A program made the translations under genes and the position numbers. A stretch of 64,000 nt of DNA from Methanomassiliicoccales archaeon (lineage in GTDB: Archaea > Thermoplasmatota > Thermoplasmata > Methanomassiliicoccales > UBA472): assembly GCA_028682915.1 (NCBI GenBank), contig JAJRAN010000055.1:318-64317 (forward strand), in the 5' to 3' direction. The notes under the pieces are model-generated. The model had not been told where the DNA came from. It saw only the letters and a program-made list of their open reading frames with translations, and did not search any database. Within the stretch, counting starts at the first letter, position 1. The number at the start of each line of letters is the position of its first letter. This document shows positions 8,864-18,249 of the stretch, one piece after another.

Positions 8864-9712
8864 ATGACGCGCCAGCGAGCGGTCAAACGCGTCCAACGGA
8901 GCTTGCCCACCACCGAGGGGGCGGGTGTGCACCTGTACAGGGCATTCGGCCATTCAGAGACCAGCCTGCTTGACCCGTTCCTCATGCTAGACCATTTCCG
9001 CTCATCCGATCCCAGGGAATACATGGATGGCTTTCCCATGCACCCCCATCGGGGCATCGAGACCGTCACCTATCTGCTCTCAGGAGAGATAGACCATCAA
9101 GACAGCATTGGGAACAAGGGCCAGATCGCCGCTGGCGACGTACAATGGATGACCGCGGGTCGTGGTATCCATCACCAAGAGATGCCGAGGCGGACCGATG
9201 ATCCCTTGCATGGATTCCAGCTGTGGGTCAACCTCCCGCGTGCGCACAAGATGATGTCTCCGCGCTATCGGGACATAAAGGGCGACCAAATACCCTCTGC
9301 CAAACCAGAGGACGGTGTTGAGGTCAAGGTCGTCGCAGGGACCTTCGATGGGGTTCATGGACCGGTCAAGGATCTGGTGACCAGGGTGGAGTACTTCGAT
9401 GTCCGTTTGTCCGCGGACAAGGACCTCACCTTCCCGGTACGGGACGGGGACAGCGCCTTCGCCTATGTTTTCGAGGGTTCGGGCCATTTCGAGGAGGGGG
9501 GGAGGCATGAGGTCGGGGACCGGGAGCTGGCAATCTTCAGCCAAGGCGACGAGGTCTGGACTAAGGCGGGAAGAAGGGGTTGTCGATTCCTGTTCGCTCA
9601 CGGAGAGCCTTTGCACGAGCCAATAGCCTGGGGAGGGCCCATCGTCATGAACTCCCGCGAAGAGCTCGACCTCGCCTTCGAAGAGCTTGGGCGGGGGACT
9701 TTCATTCGTTGA
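8864..9712 (+). CDS. Pirin family protein
   Basis: 282 aa. HPHRGIETVTYLLSGEIDHQDSIGNKG is the pirin N-terminal cupin metal-binding signature, and the bicupin length fits. Confidence 0.9.
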   Translation: MTRQRAVKRVQRSLPTTEGAGVHLYRAFGHSETSLLDPFLMLDHFRSSDPREYMDGFPMHPHRGIETVTYLLSGEIDHQDSIGNKGQIAAGDVQWMTAGRGIHHQEMPRRTDDPLHGFQLWVNLPRAHKMMSPRYRDIKGDQIPSAKPEDGVEVKVVAGTFDGVHGPVKDLVTRVEYFDVRLSADKDLTFPVRDGDSAFAYVFEGSGHFEEGGRHEVGDRELAIFSQGDEVWTKAGRRGCRFLFAHGEPLHEPIAWGGPIVMNSREELDLAFEELGRGTFIR

Positions 9713-9987
9713 TCGGGCATTGTAGTTTGCACGAATCGGGGAGTGGGAGTGTTGATGAAATCCGTGGACAGCGATATTATAGAATGTTGCCGGCCCACGG
9801 CGGTATTTTATTGGGCCAGCTTACACCTTACATTGACGTGTTTTCTCATTGAAGCCCCGGCGTAGGACGGTAGAAACCCCAATACCTTCCATGCCATCGC
9901 TCTCCATAGGAGTGGGACGGTAACGGCCACATGCGGCCATCCGTGCCCGACCCCTCGAAATACCGTGACCAGAAATAAGGAGGAACG

Positions 9988-10191
9988 ATGAAGATGATAT
10001 CCGAATCTCACTTGAAGTCAAGAATGGAGGCTAACGAAAGGAACGAGCTGCCAGCGTGGTTTATGGAGGGCGAATACCGAGGGTTAGGATTGGCAGCCAT
10101 TCTTAAGGATTTCGAAGGAAACGGAGGCAATCAGAGGTCTGTAAAGAGGAGGGTATGGCGCCTCCCTAGGATCAAGGAGGCCCGGACATGA
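9988..10191 (+). CDS. Hypothetical small basic protein (67 aa)
   Basis: ORF preceded by a strong RBS (AAGGAGGA, 5 nt spacer). No family recognised. Confidence 0.4.
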   Translation: MKMISESHLKSRMEANERNELPAWFMEGEYRGLGLAAILKDFEGNGGNQRSVKRRVWRLPRIKEART

Positions 10192-10313
10192 GCCTGGCCG
10201 GGCTGGCATCTCAATCGGGCGGCCTTGAATCAATGGCCACCTTTCTGGGTTTGGCCTTGCTCATGGTGATCGTCGACCGGCTATTCTTGCGACTGGCCCT
10301 CGACGAGGAATGA
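10188..10313 (+). CDS. Hypothetical 41-aa single-TM peptide, translationally coupled to the preceding ORF
   Basis: My translation is MSLAGLASQSGGLESMATFLGLALLMVIVDRLFLRLALDEE. Its ATG overlaps the upstream stop (ATGA). Its own AAGGAGG RBS sits 7 nt upstream. Below the track size cutoff. Confidence 0.35.
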   Translation: MSLAGLASQSGGLESMATFLGLALLMVIVDRLFLRLALDEE

Positions 10314-10472
10314 CTTAAACCTTTTCGCCACACCGTTTTTTCTTAGCTCCCAGCCGAGCATGCTAAAGGCCTGTTATCGTGGACATAGGACGAGAGCGTG
10401 TTAGAAAGGAATATATACTTACGTGCCATGTCTTGGCATAGCACGGTAACGTGCACATAGAAGGTTGTTGAG

Positions 10473-11072
10473 ATGGCTGAAGCGAAATCCGAGAACCCCG
10501 CCATGCATCACGGGATGAAAGCACTGGCGCCACCGCAAGGCATCGCGATGGAAATGGGTTCGGTTCAGTATCGCGCGCTCCGCCAGGTCATCTTCGAAAC
10601 GGGACAACCCTTCGTGACGCCTCGTTGCCGGATCGTCGACCTGCGCTGTGGCAAGGGCGAGTTCGTTGAGCCTTTTATAGAGAGGAACGAGGACCTTTGC
10701 CGATTCATCATGTTAGACCCTTCATCGAACAATATCCAATCATGCATGCAGCGGTTCCACATGCGAATGCATTTGGGTTTCGTCCAACCAGCGGCCTTGG
10801 ACTTGAACAAGGACTTCCCGGACCTATCGTCCCGCCTTACCATTTGCATGGGTGGGCTCGGCCCATTGCCCATCGAGAGGAGGGTTGAGGTCCTGGGCGA
10901 AGTGCGCCGGCACCTGGAGAAGGGGGGCGCGTTCATAATGGCCGAGGCGCTGAAGAACGAGGATGACTGCGCCTCATGGCTGGGATCGCTCAGGGAGGCG
11001 GGGTTCGATAGCATCGAGAGGATCTGGACCTCTGGAAACATCTGCGCTTGGATGGCCAGGAAAAAAATCTAG
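10473..11072 (+). CDS. Class I SAM-dependent methyltransferase-like protein
   Basis: 199 aa. Motif I-like RIVDLRCGKGEF, acidic-loop MLDPS, post-I/III segments, and GGAFIMAE in the motif-III position. Confidence 0.55.
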   Translation: MAEAKSENPAMHHGMKALAPPQGIAMEMGSVQYRALRQVIFETGQPFVTPRCRIVDLRCGKGEFVEPFIERNEDLCRFIMLDPSSNNIQSCMQRFHMRMHLGFVQPAALDLNKDFPDLSSRLTICMGGLGPLPIERRVEVLGEVRRHLEKGGAFIMAEALKNEDDCASWLGSLREAGFDSIERIWTSGNICAWMARKKI

Positions 11073-11095
11073 GCATCGCGGACTGTCAATCCCAC

Positions 11096-11551
11096 TCAGT
11101 CTCTCTTCGAATACTTTGAGGAGGCTAGTCGCAGGTCCTTGCTCCACGCCTCCACGGGCAAGGGACTATGGATCTCGATCAGGTTGCCATCCGGGTCCCG
11201 GATGTAGGCGGCCCGTATTCCCCAGTCAGGGTAATCAGCGGGCCCCAGAATAGGCCCGGTGCACTTCCCCTTCATCCTCTTCAATCTCTTGTCCACGTTT
11301 CTGGAGCGGAAGACCAGCACGAACCGGTCCTGGACCTTGGCCTCTGAAGGCAGATCTTCGGTGCCGACGGTCTTGGCTTGCTCTCCCCTCTTGAAGATGG
11401 ACAAAACCCGATTCCCGGAAGTTTTAAAGGAGGCGTATCCAGAACCTTCGTCCCCCCAGGTGACCTCGAAGCCCATAACGTCCTTGTAGAAACGGAAGCA
11501 CTCATCGAACTTGCTGACCAGTAATCGAATACTTTCGAGCTTCAGCGACAT
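11096..11551 (-). CDS. VOC (glyoxalase/bleomycin-resistance/dioxygenase) family protein
   Basis: FYKDVMGFEVTWGDE and IRDPDGNLIEIHSP are typical VOC beta-alpha-beta-beta-beta modules. The track ORF extends to 11614. I favour the internal ATG (MSLKLESIRLL...) because it gives normal domain length, but the start is uncertain. Confidence 0.8.
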   Translation of the reverse strand: MSLKLESIRLLVSKFDECFRFYKDVMGFEVTWGDEGSGYASFKTSGNRVLSIFKRGEQAKTVGTEDLPSEAKVQDRFVLVFRSRNVDKRLKRMKGKCTGPILGPADYPDWGIRAAYIRDPDGNLIEIHSPLPVEAWSKDLRLASSKYSKRD

Positions 11552-11632
11552 GAGGCTTTCTATCCCCGTCCCCGCCTCATAATGATTGCCCATGCCGGAT
11601 GCGAGGTGCCTCATGCTATTACCAAGCTGGGC

Positions 11633-12880
11633 TCACGACTCCGGCTTGACGTTCTTGAAGATGAAGTAGAAGCAGGTTATGGCGGTGACGTAACAAACGG
11701 TGGTGATATAGAATGGAAGGTCGAAGAAACCGGCGGCCAGCAGCATCCCCCCGAAGATCGTGGTGATGCTGTTCGGCAGCCTCCATATGATGTTGTTGAT
11801 CGCGCTCGCCACCCCCCTGTCCTCTTTGGAGATTATGCCCATGAGGTAGCTGTCGGCGATAGGGGCGGACATGTTCATGAACATGGAACGGACGACGTAA
11901 GCTATACTTGCTAGGGCGGCACCCGGGACCAAGGGGACCATGACCAGGAAGATGGTCGATAGGCCTTGGGTCAAGGTGATGGCCTTCACCGGGCCATAGC
12001 GGAAAGCGATCCTTGTCGAGGCCAAGGACGCGAAGGCCATGGTTATGCTGGACACAGCTATCAATGGGCCCGACAGCGAGTCAGGGACATCATACCTGAG
12101 GAAGAGCCAGGTGGGGATGAGAGAGATTATAAAGCCGGCCCCAAGCCCGATTAGGGCGTTGATTAGCGAGAACCTTATCAGGTTGCTTCTGGTCCGGCTT
12201 TGGAGCATCGCGTGCTTCTCGGACCTCTCCCTCACCCTTTCGTGGTACCCCCTTAACTCTAAGAAGACGCCCACAGGCGGGATGATGTTGGCCAGGCCGA
12301 TTACGACGAAGGCCATGGAATGAACGGACTGCGAGCTCCAGCCAATGGCGCTCTCGATGAAGGGGAAGAAGAAGGGCAATGCCGCGCCTATCCCGGTGGC
12401 AGACGCGTTCACCAGGAAGGAGAGCGCGAACGCGGGATTGCGGTTCTCAAGAGTGGTCTGGTCTGCAATGAGCGCGTTCCACGCGGTGAGGAAGGCACCT
12501 TCCGCAACGCCGGCAATGACGGCGAGTATCAATAGGGCCCAAAGCTCCGTGGTCAAGGCGAAGCCGAACAGGAGGGGTGGGAAGATGACCAGAGCGAAGA
12601 GCAGCACCTTCTTCCGACCTATGCGGTCGGATAGGAGGCCTAAAGGGACGGCTGCCACCATGGCGGCCACGCTCATTATTCCGATGATGAGCCCTACATC
12701 ACCGGAGTTGAGCCCGATCTCAGGAAGATAGGCAGCGATGTAGGTTATGAGGTATCCTACGCCAAGGCCGGCGAAGCATGTCAGCCAGATGACCGCCTTG
12801 ACCTGGGGTGGAACTGAACCGAAGCCTGCCCCTAGCCTACTTCCCCTGCCAACCATAGCTTCGGCCTGGACGCAATCCAT
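11633..12880 (-). CDS. MFS transporter
   Basis: 415 aa, about 12 TM helices, and an MFS loop 2-3 motif LSDRIGRKK. Confidence 0.85.
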   Translation of the reverse strand: MDCVQAEAMVGRGSRLGAGFGSVPPQVKAVIWLTCFAGLGVGYLITYIAAYLPEIGLNSGDVGLIIGIMSVAAMVAAVPLGLLSDRIGRKKVLLFALVIFPPLLFGFALTTELWALLILAVIAGVAEGAFLTAWNALIADQTTLENRNPAFALSFLVNASATGIGAALPFFFPFIESAIGWSSQSVHSMAFVVIGLANIIPPVGVFLELRGYHERVRERSEKHAMLQSRTRSNLIRFSLINALIGLGAGFIISLIPTWLFLRYDVPDSLSGPLIAVSSITMAFASLASTRIAFRYGPVKAITLTQGLSTIFLVMVPLVPGAALASIAYVVRSMFMNMSAPIADSYLMGIISKEDRGVASAINNIIWRLPNSITTIFGGMLLAAGFFDLPFYITTVCYVTAITCFYFIFKNVKPES

Positions 12881-12985
12881 ACGTAGCTATGAAGGTTTTG
12901 CATCCGGGGCTCCTGCGCTTCCATCGCCCTCCGTTCGACATCAGGTACAAATTCCAGGTTCACGTTATTCAAGGAGGGTGCGCGC

Positions 12986-13435
12986 TTGAGCATTCAGGAA
13001 TTGGAGTCGAGGGATGACCCTAGCGTCAAGGCCATCGTTTCAGAGCTAAAGGCAATAACGAAGCAATATCCTGACCTCTTGGCCCTGGCCGACACCGAGT
13101 CCGGCTTGAGCGTCTGCTTCAAGGGATCGGACATGGAGGTGGAGCTGATGCAGATGAATGGTGCTTCGGGCAATGAGTCCGCTGACACGTTGGAAAGCAG
13201 GTTCCAGTACATCACCAAGAAGGTCTACCTCGATAACGGCGAGAGGAACAGGATCTCGTTCTTGCTGCAATATGCCAGGTTCAAGCCCGTTCCCGGGCAG
13301 CATGGGAGCTTCAGGCTGGCGTTCGGCGGCACGACCGATGTGAAATTCGACAAGAACCAGCTCACCAGGCTTAAGGAAGCGGTGGTGGAGATGGCCAAGA
13401 TCACGAAAGCGGCGAGGAACCGTAGCTGGAAATGA
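12986..13435 (+). CDS. Hypothetical protein
   Basis: 149 aa. TTG start with an AAGGAGGG RBS 8 nt upstream. No family recognised. Confidence 0.45.
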   Translation: MSIQELESRDDPSVKAIVSELKAITKQYPDLLALADTESGLSVCFKGSDMEVELMQMNGASGNESADTLESRFQYITKKVYLDNGERNRISFLLQYARFKPVPGQHGSFRLAFGGTTDVKFDKNQLTRLKEAVVEMAKITKAARNRSWK

Positions 13436-14233
13436 TCATGCGCCTTGTTCCATTAAGAATCCAATTCCATTCTGATTGAAATCCTTCGCCGCCTCCATCA
13501 AGACCATGTGGGAAGACTCCAGGGATAGGAATTTTGCCTTGGGTATCTCTTCCGACATTTGCCTCTGGAGATCCGGTGGCACCAATCTGTCCCTGCTTCC
13601 TGCGACTACGAGCGTGGGACATTTGACACCCTGCAGCCGACCGCTCGCATCGTAATCCAGGACGGCTTCGATCTGGCGCAAGAGCGCGTCGTCCGATGTT
13701 CCGCTTATCCTAGCCATACGGGCTTTGACGACCCCTTCCGCGACCCGCCTGTCCTTGAGGTAGCGCGGGCTGAGCGTCCATTCGAGCTCCAGCTTGGCGA
13801 GACTCGCCCTCCCTTCCCGTTTCTCGATGATCGACCTCATAGCCCGAAGGAGATCTACCTCTGGCGGCGTCGGCATTGCAGTAGTAGAGCACAGAACTAG
13901 GCTCTTGACCTTGGTGGGATGTGTGATAGCCATCTCCAGGGCGATCTTACCGCCAAGTCCGAACCCAACGACATTGGAGCTGTCCACACCGATGACGTCG
14001 AGCAGCTTGGCGGTGTCGTGGGCCATCACCTCGATGGAAAAGGGACCGTCTGGTGTGTCCGTCTTCCCCGTTCCCCGGTTGTCCAAGCAGATGGTCATGA
14101 AGTTCAGCGCGAATGATGGCACCTGCAAGGACCAGGAGGACAAATCCGAGGCCATGCCAGATATCATCGTGAGGGGCTGCCCTCCGCCCTTGATATCGAA
14201 GTTCATGATTATCTTCCCGACCCTCGCGATCAT
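13436..14233 (-). CDS. Alpha/beta-hydrolase fold protein (nucleophile position is Gly, not Ser)
   Basis: 265 aa. Oxyanion-region LTMISGMASD. The nucleophile elbow reads VVGFGLGGKIA where GxSxG is expected. Asp (AGSRDRLVP) and His (SSHMVLMEA) positions are present. Confidence 0.75.
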   Translation of the reverse strand: MIARVGKIIMNFDIKGGGQPLTMISGMASDLSSWSLQVPSFALNFMTICLDNRGTGKTDTPDGPFSIEVMAHDTAKLLDVIGVDSSNVVGFGLGGKIALEMAITHPTKVKSLVLCSTTAMPTPPEVDLLRAMRSIIEKREGRASLAKLELEWTLSPRYLKDRRVAEGVVKARMARISGTSDDALLRQIEAVLDYDASGRLQGVKCPTLVVAGSRDRLVPPDLQRQMSEEIPKAKFLSLESSHMVLMEAAKDFNQNGIGFLMEQGA

Positions 14234-14323
14234 TTCGCTTCAACCTCCGATGATCGGCTAGCCATCCGGAAGATGGTGAAGAACCTTACGATTCTTCATC
14301 CACTATCACTGTGCATGACAACC

Positions 14324-14330
14324 TTTATAT
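14324..14330 (+). promoter_or_regulatory. TATA-box-like element upstream of ftsZ
   Basis: ACCTTTATATCATCC lies about 35-40 nt upstream of ATG 14365. It sits downstream of the track's GTG start (14311), which argues for the ATG. Confidence 0.45.
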
Positions 14331-14364
14331 CATCCGTCAGACAACTGTCATACTGGGATGCACA

Positions 14365-15558
14365 ATGCCTAGCTCCTTAGTAAAGAGCGCTTTGTCTAAC
14401 GCTCAAAAGGAAGAGGCGCAGGGACAGGCGCCAGTGCAGACAACCGGAGGTAACTCCGCGGCAGACGAGGAGATCAGGAGGATAGCCCAGCAATTGGAGG
14501 TCAGCATCAAGATCATCGGTTGCGGGGGCGGTGGTTCGAATACCATCAATCGTTGCATGGAGGCGGGTATCAGCGGCGCGCAGCTGTGTGCCATCAACAC
14601 CGATGCGAAGCACCTGCTGTCGGTCCACGCCCCGACTAAGATCCTCATAGGGAAGGTGGCGACCCGGGGCCTTGGGGCGGGGGCGATACCCTCGGTGGGC
14701 GAACAGGCCGCGCGGGAGAACGAGATAGATGTGCGCAACTTCCTGACCGGGTCAAATATCGTATTCATCACCGCAGGGATGGGAGGAGGTACGGGGACTG
14801 GCTCTGCCCATTATGTAGCCCGCATCTCCAAGGATTACATTAGAGCGCTCACCATCGGCGTGGTGACGCTGCCGTTCAAGGCCGAAGGAACGTTGCGAAT
14901 GGAGAACGCCCTCGACGGGCTGGACAAGCTGAGAAGCGTCACCGATACCACGATAGTGGTGCCGAACGACAAGCTCCTGGAGCTGGTCCCTAAGATGCCG
15001 GTGGAAGCCGCCTTCAAGGTGGCGGACGAGGTCCTGATGCAGACCATAAAGGGCTTGACGGAGATCATCACCAAGCCAGGACTGGTGAATCTGGACTATG
15101 CCGACATCCTGACAATCATGAACGAGGGCGGCGTCGCCTTCGTCGGCATGGGCGAGGGCAACCGGGAGAACTCGGACGACCCGGTGAAGGACGCGGTGAA
15201 GGAAGCTCTCTCCTCGCCTTTGCTGGGCGAGATCAGCGTGAAAGAGTCCAAGGGCGCCCTGGTACGCGTGGTGGGCGGCCCGGACATGACAGTCGATGAG
15301 GCGCAGAGGGCGGCCGATTACGTCGGCAAGAGCATCGATCCCAGGGCGAGGATCATTTGGGGGTGCTCCATCGAGCCGGAGAACCAGGGGCAGATACAGG
15401 TGCTGGTGATCTTCACCGGCGCCAGGTCGCGCTACATGCTCGACTCGTTGAGCGCCGACACCGCGGCCCACTTGGGCATCAGGACGCAGCAGAAGCTGGG
15501 GGCAGCTGCCGCCACGTCGAGCACCGGGGCGAACGAGGGCATCGACTTCGTTCATTGA
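14365..15558 (+). CDS. ftsZ: Cell division protein FtsZ
   Basis: IGCGGGGSNTINR and the tubulin signature GMGGGTGTGSA. The remaining FtsZ core is collinear. Start moved to ATG 14365 (track start is 14311). Confidence 0.95.
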   Translation: MPSSLVKSALSNAQKEEAQGQAPVQTTGGNSAADEEIRRIAQQLEVSIKIIGCGGGGSNTINRCMEAGISGAQLCAINTDAKHLLSVHAPTKILIGKVATRGLGAGAIPSVGEQAARENEIDVRNFLTGSNIVFITAGMGGGTGTGSAHYVARISKDYIRALTIGVVTLPFKAEGTLRMENALDGLDKLRSVTDTTIVVPNDKLLELVPKMPVEAAFKVADEVLMQTIKGLTEIITKPGLVNLDYADILTIMNEGGVAFVGMGEGNRENSDDPVKDAVKEALSSPLLGEISVKESKGALVRVVGGPDMTVDEAQRAADYVGKSIDPRARIIWGCSIEPENQGQIQVLVIFTGARSRYMLDSLSADTAAHLGIRTQQKLGAAAATSSTGANEGIDFVH

Positions 15559-15576
15559 TCACTATTACCTCCCCCC

Positions 15577-15587
15577 TTTTTTTTCTT
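15577..15587 (+). terminator. Oligo-T terminator after ftsZ
   Basis: CCCCCCTTTTTTTTCTT lies about 20 nt after the stop. Confidence 0.5.
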
Positions 15588-15821
15588 CAACTGGCCAGCG
15601 CAGCCCATCCCTCTTCTCCCGGATCCTGGGATTTTAGCTCGTGGGCTTATGGGGAAGGAGCCCTCCGCAACTGGTCCTGACCGTCCTATCAATTGATCCG
15701 CCCATTGACGGCTTATGGCGTCAATTGGCTGGGCTCATGCTTTTTAACCCTATGATGCGACAGGACAATTGACAATATTAAGTACCTTAAGGTCCAATCG
15801 ACGGCAGAGGAGCGTTGATTG

Positions 15822-18206
15822 ATGGCTCAGGAATTGACTTATAAGGAATGTCGCAACATCTGTCCCGAGGTGCAGTTCAAGTGCAGGAGCACCGAAGAGC
15901 TCACCCCATTGACAGAGATCATCGGCCAGGACAGGGCCGCAAGGGCTTTGCAGTTCGGACTTAGGATCCAGAACCCGGGTTTCAACGTCTATGTGTCAGG
16001 ACTTCCTGGCACTGGAAGAAAGACCGCCATCACGAACTTCATCAGGGAACTGGCCAAGCATAGCCCGGTCCCATCGGACTGGTGCTACGTGAACAACTTC
16101 CATGACTCTAGCCAGCCCGATGTCATTCCGGTGCCGGCCGGATTGGGAATAGAGTTCAAACGAGAAATGGATAATTTCGTTTCTGGCACCGGCCAGGCGC
16201 TGAGAGAGGCCTTCGAGAGCAACGAGTACGCCCAGAAGCGACAGGCCACGCTTCGCACCATACAGGAGGACCGGACCGGCTTCATAGACACCATGAACAA
16301 AATGGCCGCGGACGCGGGGTTCCAGATCGTCCAGTCCCCCATCGGGCTCATGCTCGCCCCGGTAATGAGCGGACAGGCCATCAGCGAAGAGCAGCTTTCC
16401 CAGCTTCCACTTAAGACGCAGAAGGAGATCGAGACGAAGCGGCAGGAACTTCAGGTCGAGGTCCAGAAGTCTTTGATCCAGCTGCGGGACATTGACCGCA
16501 AGGCAGAGGAAATAGTCAATAAGCTCAACCGAGAGATAGCGGCGTTCGTCCTCCAGCCTAGGCTCCTGGGACTACGGAAACGATTCAAGGACAATGAGGA
16601 GGTCATAGGCTTCATCGGTCATGTCGAAGAGGACATCCTTAACAACATTGGCCCCTTGCTCCAGGCCGAGGCACCGCCTCAGCCCGGTCCGTTAGGCATT
16701 CCGATGCCCCAGGACGGTCCGAAGCGGAACTATGGCGTCAACCTGATAGTGGACAACTCCAAGCTGCAGGGGGCGCCGGTCGAGATCGAGATGAACCCCT
16801 CGTACTTCAGGCTCTTCGGGGCAGCGGAGAAGGAGGCGAAGTTCGGGGCCCTGTTCACCGACTACACCATGATCCGGGGCGGAGCGGCCCATCGGGCCAA
16901 TGGCGGCTTTCTGGTCCTTCCAGTGGAGGGGCTCTTTTTGGACCCATTGGCATGGCCCACGCTCAAGCAGACCCTGTCCAGTGGCAAGCTGGAGATCGAG
17001 GAACCAGCCGCGCGGATGGGTTATATGGTGACGAAGTCCCTGAGGCCCGAGCCCATCCCCTTCAAGGCCAAGGTCATACTGCTGGGCGATCCGTACGCAT
17101 ATGACCTTCTGTATTCCATGGACAAGGACTTCCGCGAGCTGTTCAAGGTGAAGGCGGAGTTCGACACCACCATGGACCGCAACGAGGAGAACGTGACGAA
17201 GTACGCGGCCTTCGTGTGCACCATCTGCCAAAAGGAGGGCTTGCTGCACGTCGACCCGGCTGGCCTGGCAGCGATCGTCGAGTACTCCTCGCGTCTGGTC
17301 GAGGACCAGAACAAGTTGGCGACGCTGTTCGCCGAGGTGGCCAACGTCATCAGGGAGGCTGACTTCTACGCCAAGGAGGAGAAGTCCAAGAACATCACGC
17401 GGGACCACATCAACAAGGCGCTGGAGGAGAAGGTCTATCGCTCCAACATGATCCAGAAAAAGATACAGGAGGCCATCGCCAAGAAGCTTATCCTGATCGA
17501 GACCAAGGACGCGAAGGTGGGCCAGGTCAATGGGCTCTCGGTAATGGGCGTGGGGGATTATGCCTTCGGCATGCCTTCGCGCATCACTGCCTCGGTCGGC
17601 GTGGGGAAGGAGGGCATAATCAACATCGAGAGGGAGATAGCCATGAGCGGCCCCTCGCATTCCAAGGGCGTGCTGATCCTGGGAGGGTACCTCAATGACA
17701 CCTATGCCAAGGAGAAGCCCCTGGGACTCACGGCCAAGCTTACCTTCGAGCAGTCTTACTCTGGCGTGGACGGCGATTCCGCCTCCTCCACCGAGCTCTA
17801 CGCGCTGCTCTCCGCCTTGTCAGGAAAACCGATCAATCAGAGCATCGCCGTGACCGGCTCAGTGAACCAGAAGGGCGAGGTGCAGGCCATCGGAGGGGTC
17901 AACTTCAAGATCGAGGGGTTCTTCGAGGTCTGCAAGCTGTTCGGGCTCACAGGGGACCAAGGGGTGATGATCCCTCAGAGCAACGTGCAGAACCTCATGT
18001 TGAAGGATGAGGTGCTGGGGGCTATCAAGAAGAAGAAGTTCCATGTCTGGTCGGTCGCCACCATCGACGAGGGCATCCAGCTGCTGACCGGTACCAAGGC
18101 TGGTTCGAAGCGGAAGGACGGGTCCTTCGACCCCGGAAGCATCAACGACCTGGTCAAGCGCCGTTTCGACGAGATGGCGGAAAAGGTGAAGGAATACCGC
18201 GGCTGA
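15822..18206 (+). CDS. Lon-like protease (AAA-like N-domain plus Lon S16 proteolytic C-domain, soluble LonC/COG1067-type)
   Basis: About 794 aa. C-terminal Lon protease domain with the Ser site GVDGDSASSTELYALLSAL and the Lys site GGVNFKIEG. The N-terminal P-loop-like segment SGLPGTGRKT is atypical. No TM insertion (unlike archaeal LonB). ATG 15822 follows a GAGGAG RBS. Confidence 0.85.
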   Translation: MAQELTYKECRNICPEVQFKCRSTEELTPLTEIIGQDRAARALQFGLRIQNPGFNVYVSGLPGTGRKTAITNFIRELAKHSPVPSDWCYVNNFHDSSQPDVIPVPAGLGIEFKREMDNFVSGTGQALREAFESNEYAQKRQATLRTIQEDRTGFIDTMNKMAADAGFQIVQSPIGLMLAPVMSGQAISEEQLSQLPLKTQKEIETKRQELQVEVQKSLIQLRDIDRKAEEIVNKLNREIAAFVLQPRLLGLRKRFKDNEEVIGFIGHVEEDILNNIGPLLQAEAPPQPGPLGIPMPQDGPKRNYGVNLIVDNSKLQGAPVEIEMNPSYFRLFGAAEKEAKFGALFTDYTMIRGGAAHRANGGFLVLPVEGLFLDPLAWPTLKQTLSSGKLEIEEPAARMGYMVTKSLRPEPIPFKAKVILLGDPYAYDLLYSMDKDFRELFKVKAEFDTTMDRNEENVTKYAAFVCTICQKEGLLHVDPAGLAAIVEYSSRLVEDQNKLATLFAEVANVIREADFYAKEEKSKNITRDHINKALEEKVYRSNMIQKKIQEAIAKKLILIETKDAKVGQVNGLSVMGVGDYAFGMPSRITASVGVGKEGIINIEREIAMSGPSHSKGVLILGGYLNDTYAKEKPLGLTAKLTFEQSYSGVDGDSASSTELYALLSALSGKPINQSIAVTGSVNQKGEVQAIGGVNFKIEGFFEVCKLFGLTGDQGVMIPQSNVQNLMLKDEVLGAIKKKKFHVWSVATIDEGIQLLTGTKAGSKRKDGSFDPGSINDLVKRRFDEMAEKVKEYRG

Positions 18207-18249
18207 GATTTCACCTTCTCCAGGACATCCATCACGCCCAGGAGGTAAG

